The notes below the pieces were generated by a model, which did not search any database, was not told where the DNA came from, and was given only the letters and a program-made list of their open reading frames with translations. A program made the translations under genes and the position numbers. A stretch of DNA of 64,000 bases from a plasmid. The stretch lies in sequence record NZ_CP104306.1. The stretch is one strand, 5' to 3'. Positions 46,009-55,002 of the stretch are shown piece after piece. Numbering within the stretch: the stretch's first letter is position 1; the number at the start of each line of letters is the position of its first letter.

Positions 46009-47892
46009 GTGATCCTCATGTCAATAGAGAATAAGGAACGTCTTTGGTTGCTATCATTTATGGCTGCCTTTTTGGTTACGGTTGTTGTTGGTATTGTGAT
46101 CACTAACTACCAATATGGCGGGAAAGCGTATTACATGACGATTGATAACACGCCGACTATCACACGCGTCGCCGTCCCTGTCGGAATCACTGTACGAGGC
46201 TATACATATCAGGGAACGGCAAGAGACGCACAAGGACAGACAAAGAAGCTTAAGTTCAGCACGAATGAGCGTGACACTGGCCCATTTAGAAAAAATCAGC
46301 AAGTAAAAATCACGGTGAACAAGAACTTTGGCGTTGTGGGTTATCAGAGAGTACAAGGGCAGGGAGAGCCCGGTGTAGGTGATGTATACAGGTCATTAAA
46401 TCTAACCGTAGGAAAGGTGCTACCTCTTTCAGCTCTGACTGCAATCACGGCCACCCTTTTGAGCTTGCTTATTCCTCTCGCCATTTTTCTACAAAAAACG
46501 CCAGACTCGGATGCCGTTGAAACAGCAACAATTCAAATTAGAATAATCAACGTTAAAGTCTTGGTATATGCCTTTACTTTTATCTGTTTTGCCTTTCTTT
46601 TGTGGGGAATAGACTCAATCAAAATTATACTTTTACTACCATATAGCGTAGGTGTAATTCTCATACTTTCAACCCTTGTTAAGTCAGTAAGATGGATAAC
46701 AGACTGGAGCTGGGAACCTGAAACAGGATTTCGCAGCATACAAGAGAACAAAGTAATCAAAGAGTCCAAGTTAACTACTAACCAACGTAAGTTAGTTTGG
46801 GAAAGGATGCTAAATTCTGATAATAGGATTAAAGTAAACCAGGCGGGTAAACTTGTAGAACTATTTGACATAAACTATCAGTATTTTGATACTGAAGGGC
46901 AAGTTTGGATGATTGAAACAACATTCAGATACATTAACGAAGATTACTCAAAGGGCGGTTGGTGGAATTCAGATTTTTTTAAATATTCATTTGAAAAGTT
47001 ATTGGCATCAGTTCAAAAACAAACTGAAGCTAATACCACAAATAAAAATGTATCGACTACAGCATATGAGTATTCCCAAGAAGAAATTGTATGGATAGAA
47101 TATTTAAACAAAACATGCAAACTGATTGAAGAAAATGGAAGCCAACAGGACCTAATCCCGGAAGCTATTAAATCAAATATGAAATATGTTGACAACAATA
47201 AAGCAAAAGAATTTATTTCTAATTGTATTTTCGACTATTGTCGAAATTCAATCGGCTTGGTTTACCAAGACTTTGGAAATGAATGGGAAATTAGTTATCA
47301 AGAATTAATTAAGGACGAAAAACAAAATAATACACAGTGGGTATTGCTAGATACCTTCCTAAATCACATGAGAAATGAGATGATGAACGACTATAACACA
47401 AATTCACATAGGCAGTATGCAAACAGTAATGATGCAATTTTTGAGAACCTTTTTAAGGATGCGGATTCTATTTTATTTGGTAGGCTTGAAACACTCTTTT
47501 TCACGCTCGATGTAGATGGAGAAAACGGCACAGATTATATTGCATATGTGCGTCAAATCCTCTTAAAAAGGCAAGCTTTTGGATATTGGCAAAGAATATG
47601 GGATCGTGCTGGAATATTGACCGAAGTACAAAAACAGTCAGCCATTGAGGCATCGAGAACTAAAAGGCAATTGGAAACCTTAAAAATTGGAACATTAATT
47701 TATCCTCAACTTACAAGTGAAGAAGCATATAGAAAGTACACGATTAAAATTCAGAGTTGTTTTGATATATTAATTCGGGAAGAGAAAAATCAAGAAGACA
47801 GAGCAAGTCAGGTCCTTAAGTCAAAAATAGAATCATTAAAATCAACGATTGATAGAATATCAATACTGCAAAGGCAAATACCAAATTCATAG
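46009..47892 (+). CDS. Uncharacterized 627-aa membrane protein in AT-rich DNA (candidate phage-defence / Abi-like, unproven)
   Basis: Layout is transmembrane helix, about 100-aa extracellular beta-rich loop, three transmembrane helices, then an about 400-aa cytoplasmic domain. Markedly lower GC than its flanks. Two 17-18-bp direct repeats lie upstream (45758, 45925). Confidence 0.55.
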   Translation: MILMSIENKERLWLLSFMAAFLVTVVVGIVITNYQYGGKAYYMTIDNTPTITRVAVPVGITVRGYTYQGTARDAQGQTKKLKFSTNERDTGPFRKNQQVKITVNKNFGVVGYQRVQGQGEPGVGDVYRSLNLTVGKVLPLSALTAITATLLSLLIPLAIFLQKTPDSDAVETATIQIRIINVKVLVYAFTFICFAFLLWGIDSIKIILLLPYSVGVILILSTLVKSVRWITDWSWEPETGFRSIQENKVIKESKLTTNQRKLVWERMLNSDNRIKVNQAGKLVELFDINYQYFDTEGQVWMIETTFRYINEDYSKGGWWNSDFFKYSFEKLLASVQKQTEANTTNKNVSTTAYEYSQEEIVWIEYLNKTCKLIEENGSQQDLIPEAIKSNMKYVDNNKAKEFISNCIFDYCRNSIGLVYQDFGNEWEISYQELIKDEKQNNTQWVLLDTFLNHMRNEMMNDYNTNSHRQYANSNDAIFENLFKDADSILFGRLETLFFTLDVDGENGTDYIAYVRQILLKRQAFGYWQRIWDRAGILTEVQKQSAIEASRTKRQLETLKIGTLIYPQLTSEEAYRKYTIKIQSCFDILIREEKNQEDRASQVLKSKIESLKSTIDRISILQRQIPNS

Positions 47893-48084
47893 ATTGCAAT
47901 AATAGAGATACTACTTTGCAAGAGGCTTGTTCACAGTTTCTGATGAAGATTTGAGGAAGCTAGAAAATGCAATGGATAATGTGAACAAAAAATGAATTGG
48001 CAACATTAAGGTGTACCCTATTGTAACTAAAGTGAGAAGGGAGTATTATTAGTTACATATAAGTGACCCGGAGGCGACCTAGAA

Positions 48085-48735
48085 TTGGCTAAAATCGGTT
48101 ATGCGCGTGTTAGTACGCGTGATCAAAATCTTGCACGTCAAATTGAACAGCTACATGATGCCGGTGTTAATAAAATCTTTCAAGAGAAGCTTTCAGGTAA
48201 AAATGCCGATCGTCCTCAACTAAAAGCAATGTTAGACTATATTCGTGATGATGATGAAGTAGTGGTATTGAGCCTTGATCGACTTGGTCGCAATTCTCAT
48301 GATTTGACTGACATCATCGAAACCATTCGCCATCGTGGAGCTCAATTGAATGTTCTAAATCTGCCTAGCTTTGCAAGTATTGAAGATCCTAACCTTCGTA
48401 ACTTGATTACGACAATTATTGTCGAACTATATAAGTATATTGCTCAAGAAGAGCGCGAAACTATTAAGATACGGCAACAACAAGGCATAGAAATTGCCAA
48501 ACGCCAGGGCAAATATAAGGGCAAAATTCGCGAATATGGTCCTCATTCACCTAATCGTCAAAAACGCTATATTTATAAAGAAGCCTGTCGCCTTTTAAAT
48601 AGGAAGAAAGACGGAGATGAAACTCTGACCAAGCGACAAATTGCTCGCATGTTAGGTATTGCACCAGTAACCTTATATCGCATCGAAAAGTACCAGGCAG
48701 AAGATCTAGCAAACGTTCCCCCTAGTGAGAGGTAA
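48085..48735 (+). CDS. Serine recombinase (resolvase/invertase family) with a C-terminal HTH
   Basis: MAKIGYARVSTRDQNLARQ catalytic Ser region. DRLGRN motif. C-terminal HTH RQIARMLGIAPVTLYR. Confidence 0.85.
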   Translation: MAKIGYARVSTRDQNLARQIEQLHDAGVNKIFQEKLSGKNADRPQLKAMLDYIRDDDEVVVLSLDRLGRNSHDLTDIIETIRHRGAQLNVLNLPSFASIEDPNLRNLITTIIVELYKYIAQEERETIKIRQQQGIEIAKRQGKYKGKIREYGPHSPNRQKRYIYKEACRLLNRKKDGDETLTKRQIARMLGIAPVTLYRIEKYQAEDLANVPPSER

Positions 48736-48740
48736 ACATC

Positions 48741-49025
48741 ATGATAGATTTAAGGGGCAAACGAATTCTCTTTACCGGCCGTTTGCGATCTTTTCGTCGT
48801 TTCCAGGCACAACAGTTAGCAACTATTCTAGGAGCAAAACCTGTCAACGGGATTGACAAAAATGTCGATATCCTTGTGGTTGGTATTATTAGCAAACCCT
48901 ATGATCAACTACTTACTACTCAAAAGTTAACGTATGCTAGAACCTATGGCATTCCAAAGATTGACGAATTAGCCTTTATTTCATGGTGCCAATGGCGATT
49001 AGATCAATTGAAAACAACTCTTTAA
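48741..49025 (+). CDS. BRCT-domain small protein
   Basis: ILFTGRL...AQQLATILGAKPVNGIDKNVDILVVG resembles the C-terminal BRCT of NAD-ligase. Confidence 0.45.
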   Translation: MIDLRGKRILFTGRLRSFRRFQAQQLATILGAKPVNGIDKNVDILVVGIISKPYDQLLTTQKLTYARTYGIPKIDELAFISWCQWRLDQLKTTL

Positions 49026-49054
49026 GTACCTTCTTATCAAACGGGGAGATTAGT

Positions 49055-49387
49055 ATGCAAAAGCGTATCGATTTGGCCAATCAAACGTTTGGACGACTCA
49101 CAGTCATTAGTTTTTTGGGAAGCAGTTCTAATGGAAACGCGCTTTGGCTCTGTCAATGTCAATGTGGAAATAAATGTATTGTTGACAGTCAACGACTTCA
49201 AAAAGGATTCACTCGCAGTTGTGGGTGTTTGCGATCAGAAATAAGCAGATCAAACATAAAAGCTAATAACCAGACTAAAAAATACATGGGCAATCCTAAG
49301 AATTTTCAACTAATTAATCGAACAAATTTAGTTGCTTCTACACTTAAACGATCCAATAACAAATTCGGCATGATAGGTATTAGTTAG
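49055..49387 (+). CDS. Zinc-ribbon protein (110 aa)
   Basis: Start has GGGGAGA upstream. FGRLTVI...LWLCQCQCGNKCIV...SCGC gives a Cys4 pattern. Confidence 0.45.
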   Translation: MQKRIDLANQTFGRLTVISFLGSSSNGNALWLCQCQCGNKCIVDSQRLQKGFTRSCGCLRSEISRSNIKANNQTKKYMGNPKNFQLINRTNLVASTLKRSNNKFGMIGIS

Positions 49388-49705
49388 GCTAAAACGACTC
49401 AAAATTAGGTAGCACAACTTCACTTTCAAAGCCATCTTAATAAACCGTGTATATGTTCATGCGGAGGGTGCAATCGCTGCTCCAAAGACAGCAAAAAAGG
49501 ATATCATTCCTTTGCAAGAGCAATATAATCAATCACACCAACAAAATTAAACAAATTGATCAGACAATCCGAGTAGGCGCAAATCCCATTGCTTATACTG
49601 CCGATGAACCTATAGAAAAGGCGCTTCGTCATAAAATGGTTCAGTACTGTAATCCTCCAAATGGCATAAATATTAAGACTAGTTTTCAAGAAAGGAAGCC
49701 GTAAC

Positions 49706-50077
49706 GTGCGTTTATGGCATCAAGATTTAATTCAGCAACTCCCAAGACAACAATTATTGGGACAGCATCGTGAAATCGCGGCGCTTCGCGGTAATGGATG
49801 GGGACGGAAACACGCTACCGTTAATTACGTATTTGCACATTCCCCATATAAATTATTTCAATTTCACTGTATTGTGTTACGTGAAATGGAAAAACGAGGT
49901 TATCATCCAGATCAGAAATGGTATGATCCTCTGTATCGAGGTCAACATTGCCCAGCATACAAACAACTCAATCCGGTTGCACTCACAATACCCATCTATC
50001 CTGAGCATGACCAACGATATAAACATGTTTGCTTAACCAATTTACAAAACAAGGGAATCTTTTTAAACCTTCCGTGA
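49706..50077 (+). CDS. Pyrimidine-dimer DNA glycosylase-like protein (T4 endonuclease V / TIGR02328-like)
   Basis: GTG start after GAAAGGAAG. N-terminal MRLWHQDLIQQLPRQQLLGQHREIAALRG matches the bacterial DenV-like family signature (from memory). Confidence 0.5.
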   Translation: MRLWHQDLIQQLPRQQLLGQHREIAALRGNGWGRKHATVNYVFAHSPYKLFQFHCIVLREMEKRGYHPDQKWYDPLYRGQHCPAYKQLNPVALTIPIYPEHDQRYKHVCLTNLQNKGIFLNLP

Positions 50078-50171
50078 TCCTAGTCTGCGATGTTCATCTT
50101 GGGACATAGGATTGACAAAATAGTATCTCAACAATATATTTACTAAAAGTAAATAAATAGCCAGTATTACG

Positions 50172-50588
50172 TTGATAGGAGAAAATCAAATGGTAAACCT
50201 TACAGAAGAAATGAAAAATATGTTAAAGAATCAGCTCCCCTTTCTAGCAACAACAGGAAAAGATGGCAAACCTCAAGTTGGTCCCAAGGGTTCACTACAT
50301 GTCTTAGATGACTCACATTTAATCTACTTTGAGCATACCTTCAGGCAAGCCTATGATAATCTCTCGAGCAACCATTTGGCGGCGGTTGCGGTTGCTGATA
50401 GAGGCGCTCAAAAGGGATTTCGCTTTGAGGGAACGGCTCATATTCATGAAGCAGATGACTTTGCTAATCAGATTCTAGATAAAACTAACATCTTTGATCG
50501 TTTCCCACGCGCTGGCGTGGTGGTCATTGATGTTGAACGAATCTATAAATTGGATAATACCTTAGAAGCTGGTATTCAAATCGCCTAG
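50172..50588 (+). CDS. Pyridoxamine 5'-phosphate oxidase-like FMN-binding split-barrel protein
   Basis: LPFLATTGKDGKPQVGPKG...FRFEGTA pattern typical of the PNPOx-like / general stress protein 26 family. Confidence 0.6.
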   Translation: MIGENQMVNLTEEMKNMLKNQLPFLATTGKDGKPQVGPKGSLHVLDDSHLIYFEHTFRQAYDNLSSNHLAAVAVADRGAQKGFRFEGTAHIHEADDFANQILDKTNIFDRFPRAGVVVIDVERIYKLDNTLEAGIQIA

Positions 50589-50728
50589 GGTTTTTAAAAC
50601 AAATTCAACCGAGTAAGTCGAAGAACTTTTTAGTGTCCAAACTCATACAGTGTTTATTTCATGTCATTAAGTATTCATTAGCAAGCAGTTTTGTTATACT
50701 TTGGTTAGAAGTGATAGAAGTACGTCCC

Positions 50729-51775
50729 TAGATTGCATAATTAAAGTTACCACCCAGAAAATGTGAAAAAAGACCTGTCCGTTCTTGCTAAAATGGTGTT
50801 TGCATAACATACCATCTAGAGAGAAGGACAGGTCCCATGGCCATTATAACCTTAATTGAACGATCTCAGATAGAACTGATGCAACACCACACGATTCAAT
50901 ACATCGCCGCGACCTTAGGCCGCTCTCGTATTTCTATTAGGCATGAGCTTCACCGTTGCCCTGAAGGTGATTACTGCGCCATTATAGCTCAGGATCATGC
51001 CGATACTTGTCGGCATCGTTGTGGTCGGCACTCGATTTTAACGCCTAAGTTGAAGCGGATGGTAACTGAGAAGCTAAACCTAGGTTGGTCCCCTGAAATG
51101 GTCGGTTATGCCGTTCACTGTGCGCCACACACGATTTACCACTGGATTTATCAAAGACAAGTCGATTTTCAGCCAAGCCAACTCTTTGATCACGGTAAAC
51201 GTCATAAAAGAAGACAAGACCTTCGATCGCGCTATAACCAAGCAGTAGGCACCTCAATTGAGATTCGCAGTGAGTCAGCTAATCGGCGAACCGAAAAAGG
51301 ACATTTAGAGATGGATACAGTTCGCGGTGGTCGCGGGTCAAAGGCTGCTGTTTTGACCATTGTCGATCGGGTGACACGTTTAATGGCGACAACTAAGCTT
51401 GAAAACTTATCACAAAATGCTGTTCTCAAGGGATTTGCAAGACTGATGGTGGACTTTCCGGGTCCGGTTCGATCAGTGACGGTTGATCACGGTAAAGAGT
51501 TTTCCTGCGATCAGGCGCTTACAAAGCGCTATCGGATACCGGTTTACTTTTGCCATGCCTATCACCCGAATGAACGGGGCACAAATGAACGGTTCAATCG
51601 AGAACTTCGCTACTATTTCCCGAAGGGAACACAGTTTGATCAGGTTTCAGAGACCGATATTCAACAAGCCACAGCGCTTATCAATAACAAACCTAGAAAA
51701 TGTCTCCGTTGGCAAACCCCAGTTCAAGCAGTGAGCAAGCCTCTTTCTAGGTGGTAACTTTATTATTGCAATCTA
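50729..51775 (+). mobile_element. IS30-family insertion sequence, copy 2 (1047 bp), inverted relative to copy 1
   Basis: Same inverted repeats as copy 1. The two copies bracket 45719..50728. Confidence 0.8.
50837..51757 (+). CDS. IS30-family transposase (306 aa)
   Basis: Identical to the copy-1 protein except for one residue. Confidence 0.9.
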   Translation: MAIITLIERSQIELMQHHTIQYIAATLGRSRISIRHELHRCPEGDYCAIIAQDHADTCRHRCGRHSILTPKLKRMVTEKLNLGWSPEMVGYAVHCAPHTIYHWIYQRQVDFQPSQLFDHGKRHKRRQDLRSRYNQAVGTSIEIRSESANRRTEKGHLEMDTVRGGRGSKAAVLTIVDRVTRLMATTKLENLSQNAVLKGFARLMVDFPGPVRSVTVDHGKEFSCDQALTKRYRIPVYFCHAYHPNERGTNERFNRELRYYFPKGTQFDQVSETDIQQATALINNKPRKCLRWQTPVQAVSKPLSRW

Positions 51776-51895
51776 GGCGTCTAATTCTTAAGAAACCCGT
51801 AGCTTACTGTTAACGCCATTACTTCGAGCGTGTCGATTTTCGATACGCCTTTTTTTGTGTTATTGGATAAAAATCATCCAATAAAAATGAAATAT

Positions 51896-51929
51896 CAAAA
51901 AAGACGACTTCTACTATGGAAAGTCGTCT
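51896..51929 (-). terminator. Rho-independent terminator downstream of srtC
   Basis: AGACGACTT(10 nt)AAGTCGTCT stem followed on the minus strand by TTTTTTGATATTT. Confidence 0.55.
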
Positions 51930-52116
51930 CTGATGAACCCGTTTTTCTAATACTCATTCATGTTGCATCGTCTTGCTTCAAATGCTTGAAATATACAGAC
52001 ATAGTGTTTAAATAAGTTGGCCGGTTTCAGTTTATTAAACTCAATATCAGTCTTAAAATATTGATTCTTTCCTAATTTAAAGTAACCCAAAAAGATATTA
52101 GACAAATTTTGAGATC

Positions 52117-53196
52117 CTAATGATCTTCTTTTAATTGAAAGCTTTTATCCCGAACTTTTTTGACATAAGCCTTATACTTAGTCTGGCCAAGTGGCGTGAC
52201 AATTACGACTCGATAATGATTACCAGGCAGGCTGATGTCAGTCACCCCAGTTTGATCTGATTTAAAAGAATGTATATGTCGACCTCGTTTCACCACGACC
52301 TGTGTGGCTTCAGCCGGTACTTCCAGCAAATAATGCTTTCGGCCAAGCATCAAACTGCGCATTACGAAACCGATCACGCCTAAAATGATCACCGCGCCTA
52401 AAAGTGCGACTATTAGCTTTAATTTGTTCCACCAAACCGCCCAACTTGAGGCCTCGTCATCTGCCTTAACGTAAGGAATTCGGCGACCCGTTATCAACAA
52501 TCGATGAGAATTAATCATATAAGGCGTGCAGGTCATTAAGGTCACAAGATCCTGTCCCGGCACAATTCTTAGCTGACGGGTATCACTTGGCTCAATAACC
52601 TGGCGCTTAAAGACTTGGTAAGCCAATTTATGATTGCCTATGCTAATAAAAAACTTGTCGCCTTTTTTTAACGCTGGTACTCGGGTAAAAAGTTCAGCGT
52701 TTGGCACACCACGATGCGCTGAAATGACAGCATGGGTATTTTTACCACCAGTTGGATAACTTGTACCATCCAATAAACAGGCGCCAAATTGTAGAAGCCA
52801 ATCGCTTGTATGATCAAAAACCGGCAGACTAAGGCCAATTTTGGGAATCGTCAACTGAGCAACTGTCTGACGAGTCAAGATTTGTTGATTGCGTTTGGCC
52901 GCTGTTTTTGCGGTTCCTTGATCATTAACGGCATGATTAAAACTGGCAACGCCGGGCACTTGCTGACTTGCTGCCAACTGTTTATTTTTTTGCTGATAGT
53001 CGTTATATTCCCGCCGCAACACGATCTGATTCTTCCGCGCTTCTTGTTGTCGATACCTGTCGATGACTTGCTGATTTTGGTAAGAAACGTAAGCATCACT
53101 TGCAAATGGATAGCATAAAACACCAAAACCCGCTAAAAGAAGGCATCCAATCACAATATCAATCAAGCCTAAAGGTCGACGTGTTCGTTTTGTCAC
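52117..53196 (-). CDS. srtC: Class C (pilus-specific) sortase
   Basis: N- and C-terminal transmembrane segments. TLMTCTP active-site motif. Last gene of the pilus operon. Confidence 0.85.
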   Translation of the reverse strand: MTKRTRRPLGLIDIVIGCLLLAGFGVLCYPFASDAYVSYQNQQVIDRYRQQEARKNQIVLRREYNDYQQKNKQLAASQQVPGVASFNHAVNDQGTAKTAAKRNQQILTRQTVAQLTIPKIGLSLPVFDHTSDWLLQFGACLLDGTSYPTGGKNTHAVISAHRGVPNAELFTRVPALKKGDKFFISIGNHKLAYQVFKRQVIEPSDTRQLRIVPGQDLVTLMTCTPYMINSHRLLITGRRIPYVKADDEASSWAVWWNKLKLIVALLGAVIILGVIGFVMRSLMLGRKHYLLEVPAEATQVVVKRGRHIHSFKSDQTGVTDISLPGNHYRVVIVTPLGQTKYKAYVKKVRDKSFQLKEDH

Positions 53197-53269
53197 TCTG
53201 ATTACCTCGCCATATCAAAACAAGAGCGCCATCGACGCTCTTGCTTGACTCATTTATCTTATTAACTTT

Positions 53270-54274
53270 TTAGAAACCATTGCGGCGCTTGCGATAGGCA
53301 ACTGCTCCAAATGCAATTAAGGCAACGCCCAAAATCGCAAAAATGACTGTGCCAGTACCACCAGTGTGTGGCAGAATACCGCTTGGTGCATCTAGAATGT
53401 CGCTAGACGAATTATCAGCTTTAAAGTCTGTATTGGCAGCAGCATCATAACCATCCGGCACTTTTGTTTCAACTGCCGTGTAAGTTGTGGTGTTATCAGC
53501 AAATCCATTTAAGCCAAACTTACCGCTCTTATCAGACGTGAAAACAGTAGCATCGCTTTCAGCAACCCACGTCAATCGATAGTTATTGGCCAATACATCG
53601 ATAAATCCTTCGCCGATGCTGACGCTTTGACCATCTTTATCTGTCAACTTCAAAAACTTGCCATCACTATTGCTAATCTTAAAGCCGGCTCCTTCAAGCA
53701 CTTCTTTAGTCTCAGCATCTTTCTTAACAAAAGTGCGCTCATAGGTGGTCTTTTGAACATTCTTTGGGTAGACATAGACATTCCCGTCGGCTGCTGCCTT
53801 GGCTGGTAAGGTTAACCAGAAATCGGCAGACGTGTTATAACCAGCTCGCGGATTGGTTTCATGGAAAAGATAGACAGCAGCACGAGTCTTACCACTGGCA
53901 TCTTTTGATTGGGTAGGTAATGCTTGGGTTAGTTGCCCCTTGTCATTAGTCGTACCGGTTGCGGCAACCGGAGCACTATCAAAACTGCCTTTATAATCCT
54001 TAGGCGATGCCCAATAATTGGCTGTCACGTTGTAAATGGTGAAATCAACGCCTTGTAAAGGCTTAGCACCATCGCCGGTCCAAATTTGATCAGTCGCACG
54101 ATCAATGGCAGTAACATCTTTGTCAAACCCGTATTTAGTAAGGACAACGTTTTGTGTTGTCGTATCATTCGTATCTGCTTGAACCCGAGTGCCATTAAAC
54201 CCGAGAACCATCAGTAATGTCATTAGGATCGTGCTGGTTAATGTCAGCACTTTCTTGGCAATTGTCTTTTTCAT
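53270..54274 (-). CDS. spaA: Major pilin SpaA (334 aa)
   Basis: Start MKKTIAKK has GGGAGAG upstream. YPKN pilin motif (VYVYPKNVQ). E-box YTAVETKVPDGY. LPHTG sorting signal. Confidence 0.8.
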   Translation of the reverse strand: MKKTIAKKVLTLTSTILMTLLMVLGFNGTRVQADTNDTTTQNVVLTKYGFDKDVTAIDRATDQIWTGDGAKPLQGVDFTIYNVTANYWASPKDYKGSFDSAPVAATGTTNDKGQLTQALPTQSKDASGKTRAAVYLFHETNPRAGYNTSADFWLTLPAKAAADGNVYVYPKNVQKTTYERTFVKKDAETKEVLEGAGFKISNSDGKFLKLTDKDGQSVSIGEGFIDVLANNYRLTWVAESDATVFTSDKSGKFGLNGFADNTTTYTAVETKVPDGYDAAANTDFKADNSSSDILDAPSGILPHTGGTGTVIFAILGVALIAFGAVAYRKRRNGF

Positions 54275-54276
54275 TC

Positions 54277-55002
54277 TTATCTCTCCCACTTATTAATTTT
54301 TTGGTTTTTTATGTTAAAAGCAAGTACTGTCGCGAAGATTATCAACCCGAGCATTGAAAGCCAAGCTGCAACTGTATCACCCGTTTGTGGCAACAATTGA
54401 CGTATTTTCTTTGGAACTTTTTTGGGGGCATCGGTGTGACGACTTACCATTTTGTTCTTAGGAAATAAATCAATGCGTGATTGATTCCCATGTTGAAGGT
54501 TGCTTGACATGACAACCACAAGATTCTGACTGGCTTCAATATTTTTAGGTGCTGCCGTTTCTTTAAAAAGATAAACCGCAGCATGCTGCCCCTGTCGGAG
54601 TGGTAAATCGCCAAAGTACGCTTCTCCCTGACCAGCCGTCACAACCTGTGCGATAAGGCTGGAGCTAGCAGGCTGATAGCTATCTTGACTCAACGTCGTT
54701 TGTGCTGCTTCAATCGCACCGCCATTTTTGGAGACAAGCTGCCAAAAGTCAGCGGTCACGTCATAAACTGTGAACGTCACACCGTTTAACGGCACATCTG
54801 CCTGCGAAAAGTCGGGTTTTGTTGTCCCGTTATTTGCTTGTTGAGTTGGCAAGGTATCTTTAAACAACAGCTTATGCAACACAACATCAACAGTGGTCGG
54901 CACAGTTGCCGCCTGTGTCTGCTGCAACGTTGTCGTTGCCAAACTGACTAGTAGTGCCAAGCAAAAGGTCAAAATCACTAACGGACGGAAGGATTTAGTC
55001 AT
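54277..55002 (-). CDS. spaB: Minor/basal pilin SpaB (241 aa)
   Basis: Signal peptide. LPQTG followed by a hydrophobic segment and a basic tail. Confidence 0.75.
   Translation of the reverse strand: MTKSFRPLVILTFCLALLVSLATTTLQQTQAATVPTTVDVVLHKLLFKDTLPTQQANNGTTKPDFSQADVPLNGVTFTVYDVTADFWQLVSKNGGAIEAAQTTLSQDSYQPASSSLIAQVVTAGQGEAYFGDLPLRQGQHAAVYLFKETAAPKNIEASQNLVVVMSSNLQHGNQSRIDLFPKNKMVSRHTDAPKKVPKKIRQLLPQTGDTVAAWLSMLGLIIFATVLAFNIKNQKINKWER

Noticed and set aside
49447-49704. 85-aa ORF upstream of the glycosylase-like gene
   Set aside because: Weak: no clear RBS and its 3' end carries the RBS of the next gene. It may be real but the evidence is insufficient.
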